Assembly (NCBI GenBank): GCA_020354945.1
Contig: CP070655.1
Span: 893,706-909,673, forward strand
Length of the DNA stretch: 15,968 nt
Source of the DNA: Candidatus Omnitrophota bacterium
GTDB taxonomy: Bacteria; Omnitrophota; Gorgyraeia; JABMRG01; JAFGKX01
Direction: 5' to 3'
The translations under genes and the position numbers were made by a program. This document shows positions 1 to 5,864 of the stretch, in pieces. The number at the start of each line of letters is the position of its first letter. Position 1 is the stretch's first letter. The notes beneath the pieces are model-generated. The model did no database searches. It had not been told where the DNA came from and was given only the letters and a program-made list of their open reading frames with translations.

Positions 1-20
1 ACGAAAGTTGTAGTGGCAGG
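1..20 (+). ncRNA. possible 3' end of a group I intron in the tRNA-fMet anticodon loop
   Basis: Ends in G immediately before CAT; begins AC-GAAA-GT, a GNRA-capped stem like P9. Only 20 nt are visible. Confidence 0.5.
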
Positions 21-63
21 CATAACCTGGAGGTCGCTGGTTCAAATCCAGCCCCCGCTACCA
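21..63 (+). tRNA. 3' half of initiator-type tRNA-Met (CAT); 5' half not contiguous in window
   Basis: CAT-AA-CCTGG (anticodon and 3' stem), AGGTC variable loop, GCTGG-TTCAAAT-CCAGC T-arm, CCCCGCT-A-CCA acceptor strand typical of tRNA-fMet. Bases 1-20 do not supply the CT before the anticodon or a normal D-arm. Confidence 0.9.
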
Positions 64-102
64 AATTTAAGCCGCAGTTTAAACTGCGGCTTAATTTTGG
101 TA
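59..102. terminator. palindrome at the tRNA 3' end; probable terminator and left junction of islet
   Basis: Perfect 28-bp palindrome TTAAGCCGCAGTTTAAACTGCGGCTTAA (67-94), extending to 44 bp (59-102) with one mismatch. Confidence 0.7.
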
Positions 103-223
103 ACCTTGACCGGGAGAAGACCCAAAAGTAAAAAAGTAAAAAGGCAAATTTGCCCCTATCCAAATTTGCCTTTTTTGGAAATATTATGCATTAAGCTTGT
201 TTAAAGGTGCTGGGCTGTCCACA
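67..223 (+). repeat. left copy of 157-bp inverted repeat
   Basis: Reverse complement of 3138-3294, 155/157 identical by manual comparison (mismatches at 95/3266 and 202/3159). Confidence 0.97.
138..175. repeat. 15-8-15 dyad inside the long IR (copy at 3186-3223)
   Basis: AAAAAGGCAAATTTG-CCCCTATC-CAAATTTGCCTTTTT; either a recombinase-type core site or a bidirectional terminator. Confidence 0.85.
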
Positions 224-351
224 GGAAAGATATCTTTATACATCTTTTGTCTGTGCTCCGAACCCATTTTTTGACAGAGTGAAGGATAATATTGTTACCA
301 AAATCTTGTTTTTTCACCATGTCAAATTGCCATTTTCCTTCCTGAAAATAC

Positions 352-379
352 TTGACAAAATAATTTTTTATTATATACT
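352..379 (+). promoter_or_regulatory. sigma70-type promoter of arsR-family operon
   Basis: TTGACA (352-357), 16 bp, TATACT (374-379). Confidence 0.75.
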
Positions 380-402
380 ATATGAGCATTTGCTCATGTA
401 GT
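377..402. promoter_or_regulatory. ArsR/SmtB-type 12-2-12 operator
   Basis: ACTATATGAGCA-TT-TGCTCATGTAGT, one mismatch. Overlaps the -10/+1 region and resembles the TGA-N-TCA SmtB/CzrA box; lies directly upstream of the ArsR-family gene. Confidence 0.8.
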
Positions 403-430
403 TAAGTAATGATAAAAAGGGGAGTTGCCT

Positions 431-796
431 ATGCGAGTTAAGAAAGCACGTCAAATATTAAAATCCTTAGCTGATGATACTCGTCTAAGAATTATAAACC
501 TTCTCAATAAGCAAGAACTAAATGTAACTCAGTTGTGCGAAATTCTGCAGTCAAACCAATCAAATCTTTCCAAGCATCTGGCTCGATTACGGTTAACAGG
601 CGTGGTTGGCGATAAGAGGGAAGGTCTTAACGTTTATTATCGTTTAATAAAGCCAAAGGAGAAAACTCATAAAGAGTTACTTAATGCTATTACTGTAGGC
701 CTTGCTGAATCGGAGACTTTTAAGCAAGATTTAGAGAGGCTCAAAGAAGTTAAAAATAGCAAAAAAGATAAATATAAAGGGGGTGACAAGAGATGA
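431..796 (+). CDS. ArsR/SmtB family transcriptional regulator
   Basis: LKSLADDTRLRIINLL..ELNVTQLCEIL..QSNLSKHLARLR..G.V...REG..VYYRL. ATG at 431 follows GGGGAG (the ORF track uses TTG 425). No CxC alpha3 metal site. Confidence 0.93.
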   Translation: MRVKKARQILKSLADDTRLRIINLLNKQELNVTQLCEILQSNQSNLSKHLARLRLTGVVGDKREGLNVYYRLIKPKEKTHKELLNAITVGLAESETFKQDLERLKEVKNSKKDKYKGGDKR

Positions 797-1170
797 GGAA
801 ATATTTAGTAGGAGTGACAATATTGATATTGGGTTTTTTGGTATGTTTTCCACCTGACATATCGCTGGCTCAAGAAGAAGAAATGGAATATTCTTGGGGT
901 ACGGTGAATAGCGTCTCTTCTGGTCAGATTGTTGTCGCAGAGTATGATCGTTCCAGAGATGAGGATGTATATGTTACTTATACTATAGACCCGAAGGCAA
1001 AACTAGAAAATGTAAACTCGTTGAAAGATATTGCTGTTGGCGACAGCGTTGATATTGAATATGTAGTTAGAGAAGGCAAAAAAGTAGCTAAGCTCATTAC
1101 TGTTGAGAAAGTGTCGGTGGAAGAAGAATACCTACCCCGAGGAGAATATTATCCTGAAGAGGAAGAATAG
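793..1170 (+). CDS. exported small beta-barrel protein (DUF5666/OB-fold-like) with acidic tail
   Basis: Signal peptide ending SLA-Q; GTVNSVS..IVV..TYTIDP..LKDIAVGDSVDIEY..AKLITV pattern; ATGA overlap with arsR stop. Confidence 0.7.
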   Translation: MRKYLVGVTILILGFLVCFPPDISLAQEEEMEYSWGTVNSVSSGQIVVAEYDRSRDEDVYVTYTIDPKAKLENVNSLKDIAVGDSVDIEYVVREGKKVAKLITVEKVSVEEEYLPRGEYYPEEEE

Positions 1171-1370
1171 AATATTAAAAAATTTGGCCAGTAGTTATCT
1201 TAGCCAACGGAATATGAATACACCAAGAAGTACGAATTAGAGATGTATGTTCTATTTTATTCTAAATGGCAACCATCAATATTTAAGTAAGGAAAAAGTC
1301 AATATGCATAGTCTTAAACCGGAGATGCATATGCCCTTTACTGAATCTAAGGTTTTTAGAAATAATAAAA

Positions 1371-1511
1371 ATGACAAAGAAACTATCCCGGGGTGTCAAA
1401 AGATACATCAGACGCCAGAAAATGATTATTCGAAGGTTAGCCAAAGATAAAACTGAGGAAGATAGGCTAATAAGAGAGCTTTTAGGCAGGTTTTATAGAG
1501 AAGATAAATGA
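1371..1511 (+). CDS. 46-aa basic helical hypothetical protein (not in ORF track)
   Basis: MTKKLSRGVKRYIRRQKMIIRRLAKDKTEEDRLIRELLGRFYREDK; stop overlaps the next ATG (ATGA 1508-1511). Weak SD. Confidence 0.65.
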   Translation: MTKKLSRGVKRYIRRQKMIIRRLAKDKTEEDRLIRELLGRFYREDK

Positions 1512-1700
1512 AAAAATTAAAAATAGCCCTTTTGCATTGGGGATCCCCGCCCATTATTGGAGGCGTGAAGACTCATCTTTAAAAAACAGAAAAATGCGCG
1601 TGAGTTAGGAGGAAACAAGAGAGCATTGGTTGAAAAGAAGTTTACAAAAGAGATTATGACAGAAAATACAATAAAGGTCTATAACAAAATCCTAGCTTAA
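1508..1700 (+). pseudogene. GT4 glycosyltransferase remnant with large internal deletion
   Basis: 1508-1582 MKKLKIALLHWGSPPIIGGVKTHL* is a GT4-type N-terminus. In another frame, up to 1700, ARELGGNKRALVEKKFTKEIMTENTIKVYNKILA* is a GT4-type C-terminal helix. Confidence 0.8.
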
Positions 1701-1754
1701 CTGGTATTTAGATATATTTAAAAATATCCCGTAGGTACAATAGGAGGTATTGCT

Positions 1755-1931
1755 ATGTGTTGCGAAGAATGTCCTAAGTACGAAAAATGTGTGGAAGACA
1801 ATCTCCTAAAAGATAACTGCTGCCCCAAATGCCCGGAATATTATGAATGCGTAGACCTGGATGATAGAGGTAAGGATTCATTCAGAGACTTGCCTAGAGG
1901 CAATAACAACAAAGACTATCCCTGGGATTAA
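1755..1931 (+). CDS. 58-aa cysteine-rich protein, putative metal-binding (not in ORF track)
   Basis: AGGAGG SD at 1742-1747; MCCEECPKYEKCVEDNLLKDNCCPKCPEYYECVDLDDRGKDSFRDLPRGNNNKDYPWD has two CCxxCPxYxxCV motifs. Confidence 0.85.
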   Translation: MCCEECPKYEKCVEDNLLKDNCCPKCPEYYECVDLDDRGKDSFRDLPRGNNNKDYPWD

Positions 1932-2075
1932 TCAAGCAAGAATATTTATTCTATTCGAAAAATTCTGTTTTTCAGACCGTAGATAAAAAGGGGATAAAAG
2001 ATCTTGGAGGATTTAATATTTTTTGCAAACTTTCCAGGGGAGGGTTGGTTAGCTTAGATAATTAAGGAATCACTT

Positions 2076-3077
2076 ATGGATAAGATAAATGTTTCATTAG
2101 ATTCACTCCCTAAAAAACCAGAATTCTTAGGGGCTTCGCCATTACAGCCATATTTTTCTTTAAAGAAATGCGGTTACATACTAGAAAAGGCCCTAAATAA
2201 TGAAAATAGGTGGCATACTAAGGTAGTCTGTAATATTTTAGATAGAGATTCGAAGCGTTATGTATCCACGGCCTATACAAAGCAAAATGACTATCTAGGG
2301 CTTCTTGAGACTACAACTTATTTAAAGTGTAATAATAAATTAATTCCTGAAATAGTGAAGATATACCCCAAAGATAAGACAATAATTTGCGACTATATAG
2401 GTGAATTTCTATCTGATTATCTCCTGAACAATCCTGCTGATATCACCTTGAGCTTAACTTCGGTCTTTGATTATCTTAAAGATATAAATTCTATTAATCA
2501 AAGTTATAAGATATTTATTATCCCATCTATTATCAAAACTGCTCTGGAGTTGTCTAAAAGGCTTGTCGATAATTTTGAATTTTTACCCAAAGTTAAAATT
2601 ATCCTGCCAAAAGTTGAAGACTCAAGATTAAAATTCACTTATGGCTATGGTATTGAAGATCCTCATATCTGGAATTTTAGAATTGTAAAAACTAAAGATG
2701 CTATTCAGGCCTTGACTACTGATTTTGACTACTTTTCAGATAATGTGAATTGTTTTTGGGAACTGGGCTATTTTTATGCCACATTTAGATGGCTTAAGAG
2801 GATCTCATTGCCCTTTACGTGCAAGGCAGAAGAAATCTTACTTTCTTTAATCCAGAATCAGGATTTAAAATCAGAGTTTATGTTTTGGTTAGGGGCTTTA
2901 TCTAGTTATTGCGGATATAAAGACAGCTTGCGTAATCTTATGATGAACGGTGGGATTAGTAAGTTAATAGAGCAATATAGAATAATTCAACAGTTAGATG
3001 AAAAGGTTTTTTATTTAGCAAATAAGATATTAAAAGAAAAAAGTATCTATCATGTCAGGATAAGAGAGTGTGAATAA
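2076..3077 (+). CDS. divergent APH/choline-kinase-like phosphotransferase
   Basis: LIPEIVKI..TIICDYIG hinge region, EDPHIWNF catalytic-loop-like DxHxxN, TTDFDY metal-binding-like motif, FWELGYF; AAGGA SD. Confidence 0.6.
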   Translation: MDKINVSLDSLPKKPEFLGASPLQPYFSLKKCGYILEKALNNENRWHTKVVCNILDRDSKRYVSTAYTKQNDYLGLLETTTYLKCNNKLIPEIVKIYPKDKTIICDYIGEFLSDYLLNNPADITLSLTSVFDYLKDINSINQSYKIFIIPSIIKTALELSKRLVDNFEFLPKVKIILPKVEDSRLKFTYGYGIEDPHIWNFRIVKTKDAIQALTTDFDYFSDNVNCFWELGYFYATFRWLKRISLPFTCKAEEILLSLIQNQDLKSEFMFWLGALSSYCGYKDSLRNLMMNGGISKLIEQYRIIQQLDEKVFYLANKILKEKSIYHVRIRECE

Positions 3078-3137
3078 ATCTGATTTTATAGATTAATTCA
3101 CCACCCCGCAATTTCTTCTTAAAATGCCACTCCAGCT

Positions 3138-3294
3138 TGTGGACAGCCCAGCACCTTTCAACAAGCTTAATGCATAATATTTCCAAAAAAGGCAAATTTG
3201 GATAGGGGCAAATTTGCCTTTTTACTTTTTTACTTTTGGGTCTTCTCCCGGTCAAGGTTACCAAATTTAAGCCGCAGTTTAAACTGCGGCTTAA
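3138..3294 (-). repeat. right copy of 157-bp inverted repeat
   Basis: Reverse complement of 67-223; 3259-3295 is also an exact direct repeat of 59-95. Confidence 0.97.
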
Positions 3295-3336
3295 TAGTTT
3301 TAAATCAGGTTTTCCACATAATGGCAGTTTTTTGTT

Positions 3337-3364
3337 TTGCAATAAATATATTTTGAAGTATAAT
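3337..3364 (+). promoter_or_regulatory. probable sigma70 promoter
   Basis: TTGCAA (3337-3342), 16 bp, TATAAT (3359-3364), upstream of the 3388 CDS. Confidence 0.55.
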
Positions 3365-3387
3365 AAAAGTGTAACAAGGAAAGCAAA

Positions 3388-3693
3388 ATGGATAATTATA
3401 AAAATCCCGGAGTGGCTGCGGTGCTATCTTTTATCTTTACCGGTTTAGGCCAGATATATAATGGACATATAGGGAAGGGATTGGTGTTGATGTTTATTTC
3501 AGCAGTCAGCATGGGTTGTCTTATCATAGGAGCTATCTTAATATGGGCCTGGTTTATTAATGCGGGAGTATCTGGTTTTCTTATTATTTGGATAGGGATT
3601 TCCTTAATGGCAATAAGCATATTAGCGATAACAATTACAGGCATTTACAATATCTACGATGCCTATAATGTGGCTAAATCCTCTAAAGAATAA
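3388..3693 (+). CDS. TM2-domain-like small membrane protein
   Basis: KNPGVAAVLSFIFTGLGQIYNGHIGKG motif, further hydrophobic helices, IYDAY C-terminal motif; AAGGA SD. Confidence 0.85.
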   Translation: MDNYKNPGVAAVLSFIFTGLGQIYNGHIGKGLVLMFISAVSMGCLIIGAILIWAWFINAGVSGFLIIWIGISLMAISILAITITGIYNIYDAYNVAKSSKE

Positions 3694-3716
3694 AGAACAG
3701 AAGGAGAAAACTAAAT

Positions 3717-3857
3717 ATGGAAACCTTAAATCGTATCAAAAGATTCATTCTGCTTCTTATAATTGTGATTATGTCTTTATCTTTAAGTGGATGCGCAATA
3801 ATTGGGACAGCCTTAAGCGCCGCCGCTGCTTACGGTATTTATAAGGCGTTTGACTAG
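3717..3857 (+). CDS. 46-aa lipoprotein (21-aa mature lipopeptide; not in ORF track)
   Basis: AAGGAG SD at 3701-3706; METLNRIKRFILLLIIVIMSLSLSG|CAIIGTALSAAAAYGIYKAFD with n/h regions and LSGC lipobox. Confidence 0.85.
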   Translation: METLNRIKRFILLLIIVIMSLSLSGCAIIGTALSAAAAYGIYKAFD

Positions 3858-3953
3858 AAAGGGGGATACCACACAGCGTCCTTGGCATTTCTCTCCTGAA
3901 AAATCCAAGTGAAAAATGTCAAGTGTGTCCCCACAAATGAAGGAACATTTGCA

Positions 3954-4319
3954 ATGACCAATACAAGGATAGACAGAAGAAAATTTCCACGAACCAGCCA
4001 TACCTATACAATAAGTTTTAAAGAGCATAATGAGCCGGAGATTAACTGGGATATCAGCAACACCAGGAATTTAAGTTTAGGGGGCGCACTTTTTCTAAGC
4101 AGCGAACCCCTTTTGGCCGGCAGTCTATTGGACATAAGGTTAAAAATCCCTGCACAAAATGCCCGTTGTAAATGCCGAGCGATAGTTCAGAGATGCAAAG
4201 GCCCTTTTAAGGGGGCCTTTTACAAAATAGCCATATATTTTACAGAGATAGATACAAATTCTATAGAGCAACTTAGAAAATCCGTAGGTTTCTTTTCAGA
4301 AAAAAATAAAAAGGCCTAG
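3954..4319 (+). CDS. stand-alone PilZ domain protein (c-di-GMP receptor)
   Basis: DRRKFPR (RxxxR) and NLSLGG (D/NxSxxG) motifs. ATG 3954 follows GAAGGA (the ORF track starts at 3909). Confidence 0.9.
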   Translation: MTNTRIDRRKFPRTSHTYTISFKEHNEPEINWDISNTRNLSLGGALFLSSEPLLAGSLLDIRLKIPAQNARCKCRAIVQRCKGPFKGAFYKIAIYFTEIDTNSIEQLRKSVGFFSEKNKKA

Positions 4320-4341
4320 GGCCTCTAATAGAGAGTATCAG

Positions 4342-5691
4342 ATGAAGAAGAGCCTTTCGATAATTTCGCCGGAAATCAAAGAAATCCTGAGGCTACCAAA
4401 TAAAAAAGAAAAATTAAATGAAATCTTTGCTGAAATACACCCCTATGACATATTTATTTTGGTAAAAGATTTAATGCCGGCGGAGGTTGCTGAAATAATA
4501 ACAGCTTTAGGGATACTGAAAGGTATTGAGGTCTTTGAGAAATTCAAAATAAAAAAACAGAGGCGGATTTTCAGGCATTTTTCACAGGAGTGGATGGCAG
4601 ATGTTTTAGAAGAAATGCCGCCGGACGAAAGGGTAGATTTTATCAAGGCCTTGCCTGAGGATAGAGCTGAGGAAATATTACCGTTAGTTGCGCAGGCCGA
4701 GCGCAATGATATTAAAAAATTAATGCAATTTAAAGAAGGCACAGCCGGCTCTATATTGACAACAGAGTACGCTTCCTTAGAACGCGGGATAACGGCAAAA
4801 GAGGCTCTTGAAAAATTAAAGCTGCAGGCGCCGAACAGAGAAACTATATATTATATATATATCACCGATGAAGGGAAAAAGCTGATAGGATTTATTTCAT
4901 TAAAAAAACTCATCGTCTCAAGATCGGATGCATTAATAAATGATATTATGAATGAAAAGGTTATCAGCGTTAGTGTAAATGAAGATAAAGAAATAGTGGC
5001 AAAGAAGTTATCGGATTATGATTTTCTGGCTATCCCGGTAGTTGATGATAACAGCAGATTAATAGGCATAGTTACGGTTGATGATGTAGTCGATGTGGTT
5101 ATTGAAGAAGATACCGAGGATATATTGCGTTATGGTGCCGCCGGCGAATATATAGACTATATGGGTTCAGGGCCATTCCAGATAGCAAGACAGAGAATAT
5201 TGTGGCTTTTGGTATTAGTTATAATGGGCTTTGTTTCAGGCTGGGTTATACAGAAATATGCCTTTCAATTGCAGGCAATTATTGCCCTGGCCTTTTTTAT
5301 ACCGGTTTTGACAGCTTCGGGCGGGAACGCCGGCACCCAATCTTCGACTGTTGTAATAAGAGGCCTTGCAACCGGCGAAGTTAAGATGAAAGATGTTATT
5401 AAAGTATTAAAAAAAGAAATGCTCACAGGGGTTTTAGTGGGTGCGGTAATGGGAATTTTAGGTGTTGTCAGGGCATTGATAGCGAACAAAAGCCCACTAT
5501 TGGGTGTAACTGTAGGGCTGGCCATGGTCGCAACAGTGATTATTGGCACTACCTTAGGGGCGATGTTGCCGCTTTTGTTTAAAAAATTAAGGCTAGACCC
5601 TGCTCTTATGTCAGGCCCGTTTATAAGTAGTTCAATCGATGTAATCTCGCTTTTTGTTTATTTTCAGATTTCATTTTTGATAATTAAATAA
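4342..5691 (+). CDS. mgtE: magnesium transporter MgtE
   Basis: MgtE N domain (HPYDI, EEMPPDERVD), CBS pair (ETIYYIYI, LIGIVTVDDVVDV), TM domain with GGNAGTQS and DPALMSGPFISSSID. Confidence 0.97.
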   Translation: MKKSLSIISPEIKEILRLPNKKEKLNEIFAEIHPYDIFILVKDLMPAEVAEIITALGILKGIEVFEKFKIKKQRRIFRHFSQEWMADVLEEMPPDERVDFIKALPEDRAEEILPLVAQAERNDIKKLMQFKEGTAGSILTTEYASLERGITAKEALEKLKLQAPNRETIYYIYITDEGKKLIGFISLKKLIVSRSDALINDIMNEKVISVSVNEDKEIVAKKLSDYDFLAIPVVDDNSRLIGIVTVDDVVDVVIEEDTEDILRYGAAGEYIDYMGSGPFQIARQRILWLLVLVIMGFVSGWVIQKYAFQLQAIIALAFFIPVLTASGGNAGTQSSTVVIRGLATGEVKMKDVIKVLKKEMLTGVLVGAVMGILGVVRALIANKSPLLGVTVGLAMVATVIIGTTLGAMLPLLFKKLRLDPALMSGPFISSSIDVISLFVYFQISFLIIK

Positions 5692-5719
5692 TAAGTCGTT
5701 AAAAAGTTCAAAAATTTTC

Positions 5720-5748
5720 TTGACATAGCGACTTTTTTTTGCTATACT
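5720..5748 (+). promoter_or_regulatory. consensus sigma70 promoter with extended -10 for ROK gene
   Basis: TTGACA (5720-5725), 17 bp, TGc-TATACT (5743-5748). Confidence 0.85.
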
Positions 5749-5797
5749 TTGTAAAGAGTTTTTAAAATGATGGTTGAAAAGTATTTTTGAAGATAAG

Positions 5798-5819
5798 TTA
5801 TCAACAGCCCTGTGGATAA
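5798..5819. promoter_or_regulatory. inverted pair of DnaA-box-like 9-mers
   Basis: TTATCAACA (5798-5806, one mismatch) and TGTGGATAA (5811-5819, perfect reverse of TTATCCACA), 4 bp apart. Confidence 0.65.
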
Positions 5820-5833
5820 CTTATAAGATTTTG

Positions 5834-5853
5834 CCTGCCTGCCGGCAGGCAGG
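5834..5853. repeat. 20-bp perfect palindrome, REP-like
   Basis: CCTGCCTGCCGGCAGGCAGG, abutting the GGAGG SD of the ROK gene. Confidence 0.85.
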
Positions 5854-5864
5854 GAGGTATACAA

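Larger units (their letters stand above)
59..3295. mobile_element. non-autonomous tRNA-linked islet bounded by direct and long inverted repeats
   Basis: 37-bp exact direct repeat 59-95 / 3259-3295 including the tRNA's terminal TACCA; 157-bp inverted repeats; accessory and decayed cargo; no integrase or transposase ORF inside. Confidence 0.6.

Noticed and set aside
13-204. 63-aa ORF and its near-duplicate at 3055-3342 (-)
   Set aside because: Both are translations of the tRNA and non-coding inverted repeat; their similarity comes from the DNA repeat.
1247-1450. 67-aa ORF in track
   Set aside because: No recognisable features; overlaps the better-supported 1371-1511 ORF, which is coupled to the next gene.
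3138-3146. TGT..ACA Tn7/Mu-like ends of the long IR
   Set aside because: They lie at the inner boundaries and face the wrong way for the cargo; no 5-bp target duplication or transposase seen.
3167-3194. dif/XerC-like half site TTAATGCATAA-TATTTC
   Set aside because: No XerD arm (TTATGTTAAAT-like) follows the spacer.
3659-3844. 61-aa ORF in track
   Set aside because: Out-of-frame shadow of the lipoprotein 3717-3857, which has an SD and lipobox.
5693-5740. AAGTCGTT...AGCGACTTTTTTTT as mgtE terminator
   Set aside because: Short stem with a ~26-nt loop that overlaps the next -35; too weak to call.
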